From positions 1 to 64,000 of the IMG/VR virus record IMGVR_UViG_3300025372_000639: a stretch of 64,000 bases of DNA. The stretch is one strand, 5' to 3'. Shown here piece by piece: positions 19,760 to 29,376 of the stretch. The first letter of the stretch is position 1; each line of letters begins with the position of its first letter. Origin of the DNA: a virus (taxonomy: Duplodnaviria > Caudoviricetes). The notes beneath the pieces were generated by a model. The model searched no databases. It was not told where the DNA came from and worked only from the letters and a program-made list of their open reading frames with translations. A program made the translations under genes and the position numbers.

Positions 19760-20590
19760 ATGAAAGCCGCAATATTATTACAAGGTGACCCTCGATTTTG
19801 TGCAGAATTTGATCGTTTTTTGGAAAATCTAAGAGGATTTGACCAAGTAGATTATTTCATGTACATGTGGGAAGATAACACTCCTACTGAAAATATATCA
19901 GGAAGTGGAGGATACGAAGTAGTAGCACCTGCTTGGAGGCACATTAATAAAGAATGGGCGTTGAGTAAATTCCAAGAATTACTACCGCAAGGACATCGAG
20001 TTGTATCATTGGAGTTAGGAAACCAAAACGATGTTCCTATTGTAGATGTTACAGATAACGTATGTGTCTCAGCAAGACCTAAGAATATGTGGAAAATGCT
20101 GTATAGCCTTTATACCGCCAATCAAGCCCGTGTAAAGTACGAACAAGACAACAATTTTACCTATGATGTAGTAATAAGAACTCGACCCGATGTTGCATTA
20201 TTAGATGCAGTGAATGCGTCTGATATAAAAAACAGGCTAAACAATGAGCCAAATCTGGTTATTATACCTAATAATAAACGATGCGGACATGGTGGAATAT
20301 GGATGTGTGATCTTTTTGGTATGGGCACTTCAGAAACTATGACAAAATATTGCGACTTATACAATCAAATATTAGACCATCACAGACAAGGAACGATCTT
20401 TCATCCAGAAACTATGTTAGGAAAACACTTACAAAAGAACGATTGTAGGTATGATGGAATGGGATTCAATATAGAGTTTAGACACATGGGCAAGTGGCGT
20501 GATATAAACTCTGGAGAGGAATGGCCATCGACTAATGTGCCAGGGTGGGATAATAAGATTTATATCAGCGATTTTGGTCGATGGGCATAA
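19760..20590 (+). CDS. putative glycan-modifying protein (YDxVIRxRPD family)
   Basis: YDVVIRTRPD motif; paralog at 22399-23133. Confidence 0.55.
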   Translation: MKAAILLQGDPRFCAEFDRFLENLRGFDQVDYFMYMWEDNTPTENISGSGGYEVVAPAWRHINKEWALSKFQELLPQGHRVVSLELGNQNDVPIVDVTDNVCVSARPKNMWKMLYSLYTANQARVKYEQDNNFTYDVVIRTRPDVALLDAVNASDIKNRLNNEPNLVIIPNNKRCGHGGIWMCDLFGMGTSETMTKYCDLYNQILDHHRQGTIFHPETMLGKHLQKNDCRYDGMGFNIEFRHMGKWRDINSGEEWPSTNVPGWDNKIYISDFGRWA

Positions 20591-21035
20591 TGTCTTTTAA
20601 TTTCAAGACATAGTCGCTACAGATAGCATAACATTCGACATCTTTAATTTTATCAAATTCAGGATCATTCCATTCGGGCATGACCATAATACCGAACTTT
20701 CCAACTTCTTTATCTGGATATGTCCAAATAAAACCTTTGCTAGTTAATGTATAGTCATCTGTGTTATGCCAAAAATAGTTTAACTTAATATCATTTTGAC
20801 AATACTCTAATGCAGGTAGATGTTTACAATGTATCCATAGCCCGGGTTTCTTAATAAATTCTTCAGTAACGTGATACTGCGGACCGTCATGTCCTAAGTA
20901 TAACCTATCTTCAAACACCCATAAATCTACTTCACAATCAAATCCTTGCTCCATTGCAGAAATAATGGTAGCGGGACGATTTTCTATTTGTTTATTAGGA
21001 CCTTTAGTTAGCCCACGGTGTGCAATTAGTTTCAT
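20565..21035 (-). CDS. glycerophosphodiester phosphodiesterase-like protein
   Basis: IAHRG...EN...EVD...GHD. Confidence 0.7.
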   Translation of the reverse strand: MKLIAHRGLTKGPNKQIENRPATIISAMEQGFDCEVDLWVFEDRLYLGHDGPQYHVTEEFIKKPGLWIHCKHLPALEYCQNDIKLNYFWHNTDDYTLTSKGFIWTYPDKEVGKFGIMVMPEWNDPEFDKIKDVECYAICSDYVLKLKDIMPIDQNR

Positions 21036-22402
21036 TCTTTATAGTGATTTAAAAAATATTCTAAGTCTTCGGGTGTACCTATGCCCCACATCTTAGGAAT
21101 CTGTTTGATTTTAATTTTCTTACCATCGCCTATTGCTTCGTTAAACACAGGACAAACATAGAACTCGTTATTGGTACGAATGTCTTTTTCAATCATTTGT
21201 TCCGCATACTTAACATAGTCGCTACCTTTCTTCCAGAAGTAGATACCTACCGTAGCATCATCACTGATAGGATTCTTTTCTGCAACTTCTGCAACAAATC
21301 CATCATTGCCTACACGGGCAAATGACCATTTAGGATGCGTGGCTTTAAATGTTACAATGCCGCCATCGACTTCATCTGCTGTGAATCCGTATAAACATTC
21401 GTTTGAATTCCATTCAACGAATTGATCGCTGTTAGCCATTAGTAAAGGTTCATCGCTATTAATAAGTTCTTTAGCAAGCAATGTTGTACGAGCAGCACCG
21501 TCAGTGATACCATCTACTTGTACAATGTCACATCCCGGAGCGATAAGGTTTAGTAATTGTTTTAGGTTATATTTTTCGTAGTGTTCTTTTTGTACAAGGA
21601 AAATATAGTGTGCTTCTACATTTAAGTTTTCAACAACAACCTGAATCATAGGTTTGCCGTTAACTTCAATCAAAGGCTTAGGAAATGTATAGCCTGCTTG
21701 AGCAAATCTGCTGCCAGCGCCTGCCATAGGAATTAGTACATTCATCTTATTGTTTCTCCAGGGGATTTTTTTAGTGCTTACACCGTTAAGAATGTCAACG
21801 GCTTCTTGAATTTTATCTTTGGTAAGGTCATAACTATCACGTACAGGTACTAAGTGAGCACCACTATCTATAGCACCTTGACGGCCAATGTGGCTATCTT
21901 CGATAATTACCGTGGTCTTAGGTAATGCGTTCATAGCAATCATGCACTTCCAATACATCTCGGGGTAAGGTTTAGTCCTGCTAACATCTTCATTAGAAAC
22001 AAAATAGTCAACAAACTCTAACACACCTATGCTCAAGAGGGCTAGTTTAATAGTTTCTCTAACACTATTACTGGCTACAGCAATCTTAATTCCCTGACTA
22101 TTCAATTCAGCAAACATTTGGCGTAGGTGATTGTTTCTAGGAAATTCTTTGATCAGTTTGAATGTAGCCTTTTGTTTATCTTCCCATACTTGATTAAAAA
22201 ATTTACGATCTAATCCTTTACGTTCGGACAGCATTTCTAATTTGCGTGTGGTACTTAATCCATCATATGTGCTAAGATGTTCTTCTTTTGAGATAACAAA
22301 CTGAGGACTAACTCTAGACAATGCGGCATTGAGCGCCTCGTAGTGTAGTTCTCTACTTTCTATCAGTACTCCATCAAGATCGAATATAATTAACTTATTC
22401 AT
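21032..22402 (-). CDS. HAD phosphatase / sugar nucleotidyltransferase fusion
   Basis: FDLDGVL, KPYP and IEDS (HAD); IPMAGAGSRF..PKPLI and GTPED (NTP transferase). Confidence 0.9.
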   Translation of the reverse strand: MNKLIIFDLDGVLIESRELHYEALNAALSRVSPQFVISKEEHLSTYDGLSTTRKLEMLSERKGLDRKFFNQVWEDKQKATFKLIKEFPRNNHLRQMFAELNSQGIKIAVASNSVRETIKLALLSIGVLEFVDYFVSNEDVSRTKPYPEMYWKCMIAMNALPKTTVIIEDSHIGRQGAIDSGAHLVPVRDSYDLTKDKIQEAVDILNGVSTKKIPWRNNKMNVLIPMAGAGSRFAQAGYTFPKPLIEVNGKPMIQVVVENLNVEAHYIFLVQKEHYEKYNLKQLLNLIAPGCDIVQVDGITDGAARTTLLAKELINSDEPLLMANSDQFVEWNSNECLYGFTADEVDGGIVTFKATHPKWSFARVGNDGFVAEVAEKNPISDDATVGIYFWKKGSDYVKYAEQMIEKDIRTNNEFYVCPVFNEAIGDGKKIKIKQIPKMWGIGTPEDLEYFLNHYKE

Positions 22403-23133
22403 GCTGTAGGATCTTCTGCAATTGGTAAGTGCGGATGCTTATCTGCGGTGTACGCAGATTTGCCTAATCTGTTTATAGTGTAATCAAAATTTCCAAGGCA
22501 TAATTTTTTGCCGTGTAGTTTAAAATAAGTTCCGACAATATGTTCTAATGCCCAATTATGTACATCATTTTCCCAATTAGGGCAACACTCGATCATATAT
22601 TTGTCAAACTCTAAATATAGATCGCACCAGAATTTTATTCCTTGTTGTGTTCCTACAAAGAATTGATCGTTAGGTTCTGTTTTATGAGCACCCATTAATG
22701 TACGACAAAATATAATTTCGTTGTTAACCAAATCCAGAGAAGATATGTCTAAATCTTCATAAAGACTTCCATCCGGTCTGATTCTAATAACAATGTCGTA
22801 TTGTTCTTGTATCAAGTCAAATGCAAGTTTTAAACAATGTATTTGTCCTATTCTTCGATCATACCACCATTTCAATTCGCTAAAATTTGATTCAGGACGG
22901 TGTGATGGTAATGTTCTTTCCACCTGAGGTGTTATTGCTAATTTTTTAAGATGTATGTGAGCTGGCAATATTTTATTGATCTTTTCATACCCATGCTCGA
23001 TCGTGTCAACCCATGTGCTTTCCCATAAATTTACGTATAGATCAGCAGTATCAAATCCTTTTAATTGATTCAATCCTATAATAAATTCTCTAGTAAATCT
23101 CGGCAGACCTGCCGTGATAATAGCAACTCTCAT
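22399..23133 (-). CDS. putative glycan-modifying protein (YDxVIRxRPD family)
   Basis: YDIVIRIRPD; lies in the glycosyltransferase operon. Confidence 0.55.
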   Translation of the reverse strand: MRVAIITAGLPRFTREFIIGLNQLKGFDTADLYVNLWESTWVDTIEHGYEKINKILPAHIHLKKLAITPQVERTLPSHRPESNFSELKWWYDRRIGQIHCLKLAFDLIQEQYDIVIRIRPDGSLYEDLDISSLDLVNNEIIFCRTLMGAHKTEPNDQFFVGTQQGIKFWCDLYLEFDKYMIECCPNWENDVHNWALEHIVGTYFKLHGKKLCLGNFDYTINRLGKSAYTADKHPHLPIAEDPTA

Positions 23134-23699
23134 TCAGTAATTTCTATCCAAAAATGTATGCCGTGAATAAACTCTACTACCAATCCTGTACCTTCAACAG
23201 CGTCACGAGCCGCACGTTGGATGTCTTCTGTGAAAGCATCGTCGCCTGTAATAACTCCGCCGACTTTCATCTTAGGTAAGAAATTTAAAATATCTTGTTT
23301 AACTGCTTCGTAAGAATGATCGCCATCAATCATTAGAAAATCAATACTTCCGTCGGAATATCTATTAACTGCATTGCTACTGGTATCCTGCACTAGATTA
23401 TAATAACCTTCAACTGGTTTTAATCTCTCACAGAATTCTTCAACGCCATATCCTTCCCATTCTTCGGGATGTTCTTGGGAAGAGTTAGAATAATGTCCCA
23501 ACGGCAACATAGGATCAATGCAATCAAATTGAATCTTTTTTCCGCTGTTAATAATTTCAACAGCCATGAATGCACTACTTTTTCCTTTAAAGGATCCAAT
23601 CTCAACAAACACCGCACCATCTTCTGCTCTGTCTACAGCATCTTTATACAAATAGTCATAGCTGAACCACCCGTGTATGTTTTCGTAAAAATGTTCCAT
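23130..23699 (-). CDS. class I SAM methyltransferase (Methyltransf_24-like)
   Basis: VEIGSFKGKS, IDGDHSYE, GGVITGDD. Confidence 0.85.
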   Translation of the reverse strand: MEHFYENIHGWFSYDYLYKDAVDRAEDGAVFVEIGSFKGKSSAFMAVEIINSGKKIQFDCIDPMLPLGHYSNSSQEHPEEWEGYGVEEFCERLKPVEGYYNLVQDTSSNAVNRYSDGSIDFLMIDGDHSYEAVKQDILNFLPKMKVGGVITGDDAFTEDIQRAARDAVEGTGLVVEFIHGIHFWIEITE

Positions 23700-23700
23700 A

Positions 23701-24480
23701 TTAAAAATACCTTATGTTTAATCTTAGTGGGTAGTTGTATTCGTGTCGTTCCCAAGGTTCGTTCTTGCGTGTTTCTAACCACATAGTCTTACCGAGGCAT
23801 AATGCTAACGCACTAGGACTACTCATGCTACTGATAAACAATTCGCTACCTTGTATAACACGGGCTAGTTCCATAAAGTCAGGAGTACGATAGTGAGGTA
23901 TTCGAACCTTAAGTGTATCTTCAAACCATGCATGTTCGCTATCAAGGCCTACATAAACTGCTTGTTCAGTCAACCCTCGATTGATTAAATCACGCCATAC
24001 TGGGCTTTCTAATTCGTTACCATCTTGATAATGAGGTCCACGGAAAATAACAATTGGTCTGCCAGGAAACTTACGCTCTTCTCGACATTCCATCCATGGC
24101 ATCATTTGTAATTGACGAACATGATAATCTGTATCAATACCCTGTGCCACAGCATGTTGAGTGCTAAAGTTACGAGGACGAACTGCTGTTTCTAAATGTA
24201 GTGCGGCATTCTCTAATTCGTAATCAATTGCTTCGCCGTTCCAAGGTTTGAAGTCTGTGATGTATGGTTGATGAAGCATGAGTTCACGCATTGATTCAAA
24301 ATCATCTTCAGTCATGCGGCCTTCATGTCGCCCGCCTTGAACTGACCAACTTAACTTTTCCTTGAGCATGTTTTCAAGGTTGTGTAATTTTAAATAAAAT
24401 TCACCACCACCCAAAATCTTTGCGGCTACTAGACTACAGAATGTGTCACCTGTAGTACCTGAATGACTAAATGTTGCCAT
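23701..24480 (-). CDS. putative glycosyltransferase (GT-B/GT9-like)
   Basis: SGTTGD start and ELARVIQGSELFIS motif; operon context. Confidence 0.5.
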   Translation of the reverse strand: MATFSHSGTTGDTFCSLVAAKILGGGEFYLKLHNLENMLKEKLSWSVQGGRHEGRMTEDDFESMRELMLHQPYITDFKPWNGEAIDYELENAALHLETAVRPRNFSTQHAVAQGIDTDYHVRQLQMMPWMECREERKFPGRPIVIFRGPHYQDGNELESPVWRDLINRGLTEQAVYVGLDSEHAWFEDTLKVRIPHYRTPDFMELARVIQGSELFISSMSSPSALALCLGKTMWLETRKNEPWERHEYNYPLRLNIRYF

Positions 24481-25328
24481 TATACTCCGTCCTCTCTATA
24501 TAAGTCTGTTACATGGAATACTGCTCCAGGAGCAATTAGGTGTTGATATTTGTCTAAGTTGTCTGTGATACACTTAGGAAAGTACTCGTCAACTACTACG
24601 ATATCAAATCGTTCTTCGTGTCCGGGGCCGTGATGACCATATTTGTTTTCAACCATCCACTCGATATTGTGTCGATCGATTAGATCCTTGCGATCTGATT
24701 CTGTATGAGCAAAGTTTTGTAGTTTAACAATAGCATTAGCATCGTCACCGAAGTAGGTAAAATGCCAGCCACCGTGTTCAATGTATGCTGTGTTAGGATG
24801 ATCAGGAACCCAAGGGAATGTAAATTCACGCTCTTGTTGTGCGTTAGTAAAAGCACGACCCCTAGTAAGCATGATGTTTGGTTGTTTACTACGCTCAATA
24901 TATTTCATGTTATTGATCTTATATTGGAACATAGGAATTGTTAGCACATACTTGTCGTAATCATTCTCATCTGTTTTGATCATGTCCACAACTTCTGCTC
25001 GGGGAATCTCGTCTAAGTCCGAAACAATAATAATGTCATCGGGCTGCCGATCTTCTAATCCTCGACCTAGGCTATATCGTTGAAACTTTTCACGAACCCA
25101 ACTATCTCGAGTTTCGGGCATATCATCAACTTGGATGCGTACAATTTTATCTGCGTAAGGTTTAAATCTATCCCAATTGTCTAATAAAATATAGTCCTTG
25201 GGTTTACCGCTGTGACTAAGATTAGATTCGGCAATGACAAAATGGTCAGTGACATCCCACATTTCTTGTAAGCGGATTTCTAATACATCTAATTCGTTAA
25301 AGAATGTAAAGCAATCGTATGTTTTCAT
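24480..25328 (-). CDS. glycosyltransferase family 17
   Basis: YDCFTFFNELDVLEIRL, SDLDEIP, GGWHFTY. Confidence 0.88.
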   Translation of the reverse strand: MKTYDCFTFFNELDVLEIRLQEMWDVTDHFVIAESNLSHSGKPKDYILLDNWDRFKPYADKIVRIQVDDMPETRDSWVREKFQRYSLGRGLEDRQPDDIIIVSDLDEIPRAEVVDMIKTDENDYDKYVLTIPMFQYKINNMKYIERSKQPNIMLTRGRAFTNAQQEREFTFPWVPDHPNTAYIEHGGWHFTYFGDDANAIVKLQNFAHTESDRKDLIDRHNIEWMVENKYGHHGPGHEERFDIVVVDEYFPKCITDNLDKYQHLIAPGAVFHVTDLYREDGV

Positions 25329-26770
25329 TTAGTATCTTGTATATATTGTTGGTATTGTTGTGCCAACTGCACACGGGTTTCGTTTGGTAATCCTGGCCAA
25401 TGTATAACAAAGTCACCTGGATACCATTGTCCGTCTTGACCTAGCAAGTCGATCCCTTCTACATTATACATTCTGTAGTCATAGGAATTCAACCATTGCT
25501 GAGGAATAATTTTAAACAGGTCTTGGAATTTAGGATAGAAGTCAATAACGGCTTGTTGTTCAAACCATTTCTTATCATTCTTGTATTCTAGTTTCTTGCT
25601 TAGTAAAAAGTTCAACCATTCACGAGCCTGTGCGCTGTTGCGTACAATAAAACTGCCTGTGTTCAAGGCCGCAATGTCTGTTGGCATGATCACATGATAG
25701 TCATTGTCTACTAAGTCTTCAACTTTGATATCAAAGTTAGTGATCATTGCATCGTTGTCTAACCACCAAACCCAATCCACTGAAGTATTCTTTTCCATTA
25801 CATCAAGGATGTGTACAAACTTGTCAAAGTGAACTTGCTCTGGGCTAAAGTTATCTGTTTTTGAGAGTGCCAGGTAGCCGTGTTTTTCTGCGTATTTGAC
25901 CTTGTTGTTGTACCAAGTTAGATCAGCAAGGTCCTTATGTCGATCATTGAAGATACTGACAATGGCCATGTTTGGTTTGTTGCTGTCTTTCCACAACTGC
26001 GGTACGCTGTTCCACAGCTCATCAATGTCAATGTAGGGGTCCTTGCCGCTTTCGTCCATGATGTGAAATGCTAGACCAGGGATAGGACTGAACAGGGCAA
26101 CATCTTCTTTGTTCCAAACAAGATTGATACTCTTGTTTTCAACATAGTCCACTTTTTGCTCTGTTAGAGTAACAACATCTTGGAAATGATTTTTATATCT
26201 TGTGTAAAGAGCCTTACTGGCAAAACAAGTATAGGTAGTATGTTTAACCGTTCTGTAATGTCTATAAGGCCCGTGTAATAGGAAACTTGGATAAATTTCA
26301 TACTTATATCGCCAAACATCGTCATGAGGGTTTATAGCAACATACTTTCCGGTCTTGCTTTCAAACTCATCAAAAGTATCAATCATATCGTGGATTGCCT
26401 CTGGGTAATGCAGGTAATCATCTTCTATATGATACCACAAGTCGGTTGCCTTGGCTTCAACTTGCTCGAAGACTTTCTTCATAGTATAAGCATTACCTGT
26501 ACCGCCGTCTACCGGTATAAACGTTGTTGGGAATTTACAATGTGCTAAAATGTTTTTAATATCTGCTACGCAGGTAGCATCACTATGGTCATCCAATACT
26601 ATTAGTTCAACGTCATGCCCTTGTACATGATTGATACTTTCAACAAGACTGCTAACGCACACATTTACTAATTGTGATTTTGGTACTTTGACATATCGAC
26701 CGGCTCCGTTATCGTTGAGCATATTGACACGAGTGCATGTTCTTAGTACAATTAATAAATTTCTTTTCAT
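25325..26770 (-). CDS. two-domain glycosyltransferase (GT2-like + GT34-like)
   Basis: LDDHS and IEDDYLH in the N half; WWLDND, LNTGSF, EQ and HWPG in the C half. Confidence 0.8.
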   Translation of the reverse strand: MKRNLLIVLRTCTRVNMLNDNGAGRYVKVPKSQLVNVCVSSLVESINHVQGHDVELIVLDDHSDATCVADIKNILAHCKFPTTFIPVDGGTGNAYTMKKVFEQVEAKATDLWYHIEDDYLHYPEAIHDMIDTFDEFESKTGKYVAINPHDDVWRYKYEIYPSFLLHGPYRHYRTVKHTTYTCFASKALYTRYKNHFQDVVTLTEQKVDYVENKSINLVWNKEDVALFSPIPGLAFHIMDESGKDPYIDIDELWNSVPQLWKDSNKPNMAIVSIFNDRHKDLADLTWYNNKVKYAEKHGYLALSKTDNFSPEQVHFDKFVHILDVMEKNTSVDWVWWLDNDAMITNFDIKVEDLVDNDYHVIMPTDIAALNTGSFIVRNSAQAREWLNFLLSKKLEYKNDKKWFEQQAVIDFYPKFQDLFKIIPQQWLNSYDYRMYNVEGIDLLGQDGQWYPGDFVIHWPGLPNETRVQLAQQYQQYIQDTK

Positions 26771-26828
26771 CCTACTATTTAACTACCAATATAATGAAAT
26801 GTCAAACTATTTGAAAGTAAATAACTCC

Positions 26829-27590
26829 ATGAGTGATGTAACCTTCTTTTTAACCAGTTGCAAGCGACACGACTTGCTTAAAGTATGCTTAGAGACTTTT
26901 GTCCAACATAATACATACCCAATTGAACATGGAATTATTGTAGAAGACAGCGACATGGACTTAGAGTGGGTCCGTGAAATTCTTCCGTTTGCCAAGTTAG
27001 ATCTTATCAATACAGCAGGGCGCCAGGGGCAACTAAAGAACATCGATACTTACTATCCGTTGATCAAAACACCATATGTTTTCCATTGCGAGGACGATTT
27101 TGTGTTTATCCGTGATAGTTTCATTGAGCCTAGTAAGAAAATTTTAGAAGCAGACGATTGTTGTATCAATGTTTGGCTAACAGAATATGAAACTGAGTGG
27201 GAGGCTACCAGTCAGGATCCTACAAATTTAACCAATCATGCCCGCATACTTCCTCCTTATCATAGACAATTTACGCTAGATGACATTACATTTTGGAATG
27301 TAAACAACGTCATGCACCAAGAATGGGCATTGGGATTTACCTTTCAACCCAGTTTGCATCGGATGGAAGACTGGTCTCGCTACGGAGGATACGAAGCAAT
27401 TATAGATCATGTTGCTCCTTGGTGCAATAAAATGGACGGAGCACAAGTTGAACGAAACTTGTGTAGACATTACATCATGGACGGGTTCCATACATTCATG
27501 TTGGCTGGCCCAAACGACAAACAAGACGGATACGTAAACACTACAGGTCATCAACGCCATGTAGAAATTGTAAACAAAGGTACTAACTAA
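26829..27590 (+). CDS. GT2-like glycosyltransferase
   Basis: LTSCKR, IIVEDS, FHCEDDF. Confidence 0.75.
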   Translation: MSDVTFFLTSCKRHDLLKVCLETFVQHNTYPIEHGIIVEDSDMDLEWVREILPFAKLDLINTAGRQGQLKNIDTYYPLIKTPYVFHCEDDFVFIRDSFIEPSKKILEADDCCINVWLTEYETEWEATSQDPTNLTNHARILPPYHRQFTLDDITFWNVNNVMHQEWALGFTFQPSLHRMEDWSRYGGYEAIIDHVAPWCNKMDGAQVERNLCRHYIMDGFHTFMLAGPNDKQDGYVNTTGHQRHVEIVNKGTN

Positions 27591-27618
27591 TGTGGCAAAA
27601 AAGCCACATTATCAGGGG

Positions 27619-27647
27619 TTGACAAGAGAGATAAATAAATATACAAT
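27619..27647 (+). promoter_or_regulatory. sigma70 promoter P1 of the tRNA array
   Basis: TTGACA-17-TACAAT; TAAATA in the spacer. Confidence 0.85.
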
Positions 27648-27707
27648 AGATACTTAGTTAAGAGGTTCGGCGTTAACAACTTATTTTGCCAAAATTGCAA
27701 ATAGGGG

Positions 27708-27736
27708 TTGACAAGAGAACTAAATAACTATACAAT
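27708..27736 (+). promoter_or_regulatory. sigma70 promoter P2 of the tRNA array
   Basis: TTGACA-17-TACAAT; TAAATA in the spacer. Confidence 0.85.
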
Positions 27737-27795
27737 AGAGTCATAGGTAGTTTAGTGTTAGCAAAAACTATTTTGCAAAAAAATGCAAATAGGGG

Positions 27796-27824
27796 TTGAC
27801 ACAAAGACTAAATATGTGTATAAT
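27796..27824 (+). promoter_or_regulatory. sigma70 promoter P3 of the tRNA array
   Basis: TTGACA-17-TATAAT; TAAATA in the spacer. Confidence 0.88.
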
Positions 27825-27884
27825 TAACACATAGACAGCAATGGTGCTGTTTATGTAAACAAAAGATTTTAAAGAGAAAACAAA

Positions 27885-28043
27885 ATGCAATCGTTTAACA
27901 GACATCAACAATTTAATACGATAGCCAAACAGGTAGGCGTGATGCCCTCTTGCTGGTTAGCGATTAATAGTCTGTCATATGATCGCACACCAGAGGGGAT
28001 TACCCCGGGGTCCATAGGAGGCGAGAAGATTCCCAGAATCTAA
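27885..28043 (+). CDS. putative attenuator leader peptide (52 aa, all 20 amino acids)
   Basis: MQSFNRHQQFNTIAKQVGVMPSCWLAINSLSYDRTPEGITPGSIGGEKIPRI; its stop codon lies inside the antiterminator hairpin. Confidence 0.65.
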   Translation: MQSFNRHQQFNTIAKQVGVMPSCWLAINSLSYDRTPEGITPGSIGGEKIPRI

Positions 28044-28067
28044 TCGCAAACAACTCCAAAGGACCCC
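28007..28067 (+). promoter_or_regulatory. putative antiterminator hairpin
   Basis: nested pairings GGGGTCC/GGACCCC, GGAG/CTCC, GCGA/TCGC, GATTC/GAATC. Confidence 0.65.
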
Positions 28068-28097
28068 AGGATTAAAAACCCTGGGGTTTTTTGTTTT
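28062..28097 (+). terminator. intrinsic terminator (attenuator) upstream of the tRNA array
   Basis: ACCCCAGG/CCTGGGGT stem followed by TTTTTGTTTT. Confidence 0.85.
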
Positions 28098-28534
28098 CTA
28101 GATTGGAAACATGACAGAAACAGATAGTAAAAAATATAAACAGATTGAGTTTATAAAACAGCATACACTATCTCCAGATCAGTTTAAAACACTGATCGAG
28201 GAAAAGATAGAACGTGCTAGGTTGTACTCACAATCAGTTGGCAGAAAGCGAGAGACGGTCCTTCAACAAGACTATCGTTAGAATCGCAACTTGTGAATAG
28301 AGGAAACGAGGTCCTCGCTAGGCAAGTAAAACATCTAGCAAACGGGCGGCCTATCGGATGAAACTCCTTTTCTGGAGCGAAAAATGGTAGCGTATTAAAG
28401 TGTACTATAACCACTCCCCACTGAAGGGTAGAACGGCCGCGTAGCGTTAGTGCATTTTAATACACACATTCGGTCTGAGTACATAGTATAAAGAGGCAGA
28501 AAGATAAACTGCTAGAGTGTGTTGTAATAAATTT

Positions 28535-28621
28535 GGAGCCCTTTCCCGCTTGCGGTCTGTAAAATCGTAGCCATAACAAGGTGGGTGGTGGCAAGAGGTT
28601 CGATTCCTTAGGGCTCCACCA
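28535..28621 (+). tRNA. atypical tRNA-Tyr(GTA)-like, D-arm missing
   Basis: GGAGCCC/GGGCTCC-ACCA, loop CTGTAAA, TTCGATT T-loop. Confidence 0.6.
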
Positions 28622-28626
28622 AATTT

Positions 28627-28701
28627 GGTCTCGTCATATAGTGGTTATTATACCGGCCTGTCTAGTCGGATATCGGGGTTCGATTCCCCGCGGGATCGCC
28701 A
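28627..28701 (+). tRNA. tRNA-Asp(GTC)
   Basis: cloverleaf, loop CTGTCTA, GCCA end. Confidence 0.9.
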
Positions 28702-28705
28702 AACA

Positions 28706-28985
28706 TAAGATAGTCCTTATTGTTAGGACCGTAACGTCAAGGGAGTCGGGGCTAACCTTGTAAATCACGCCCGGCAGAAATACTAAGACAACACTTAGTA
28801 AGATGAGTAGACGGAAACCGACCCCTGCCGGAGCGCGGGGGCTTCAGCAGCATATGAGGTGGCTGACGATGCGAGAGTAAGTCGGTCCAGTAGGGGTAAG
28901 AAAAGTGTTGTTGGCGGCAAGAGCTGTTGAAGGACAGAAGCACAAATCCATAGAGGTGAAGATGTGCGCCGTGTATTCCTTCAAG
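28706..28985 (+). ncRNA. unidentified structured RNA
   Basis: GC-rich, hairpin-rich spacer between tRNAs; starts with a motif repeated at 30187. Confidence 0.4.
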
Positions 28986-28993
28986 AATTTTAT

Positions 28994-29069
28994 TCCATCT
29001 TCGTATTCTCGGTGAGTACCCCCGGCTGTTAACCGGAAGAGGTTGGTTCGAATCCAACAGATGGAGCCA
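28994..29069 (+). tRNA. tRNA-Asn(GTT)
   Basis: TCCATCT/AGATGGA, loop CTGTTAA, GCCA. Confidence 0.88.
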
Positions 29070-29143
29070 ATATTAAAACACGCTAACAGCGTCGTACCGG
29101 TCGCCGGACTTAGGTTGAATTCCTAATAGTGTGTTTTTATATT

Positions 29144-29218
29144 GGGGGCAGTAGTGGGCTACGGGTAACCCTTGCAAGGTTGCTGACTAGAAGGATTCGA
29201 TTTCCTCGGCCTCCACCA
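29144..29218 (+). tRNA. atypical tRNA-Ala(TGC)
   Basis: G3:U70, loop CTTGCAA, ACCA; short D-arm, irregular T-arm. Confidence 0.7.
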
Positions 29219-29376
29219 ATTTTCGGGATAGACGGTAGTTTAGAGTCCCACCCAACCTAGCATAGTGACTCAGCTATGTGACAGCAACAGGACGGTTAGG
29301 AGTGGTATTAGACTTGACTATTCGAGACAATCTAGCGAGTTCACCCAGGTGGATAGTTAGGCTCCCAACTTTTTAT

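Noticed and set aside
27601-27830. Tandem repeats as a CRISPR array
   Set aside because: Only three imperfect units, each an exact sigma70 promoter; no cas genes in the window.
28111-28280. Short ORF (MTETDSKK...) after the attenuator
   Set aside because: Plausible, but it has no recognisable motif and runs into a structured region; not supportable as a feature.
28350-28390. Hammerhead-like CGGATGA-stem-GAAA
   Set aside because: The core deviates from CUGANGA and I could not build stems I and III with a cleavage triplet.
29144-29218. tmRNA (G3:U70, GGATTCGA, short D arm)
   Set aside because: Only 75 nt with a TGC anticodon arm and no tag reading frame; better read as an atypical tRNA-Ala.
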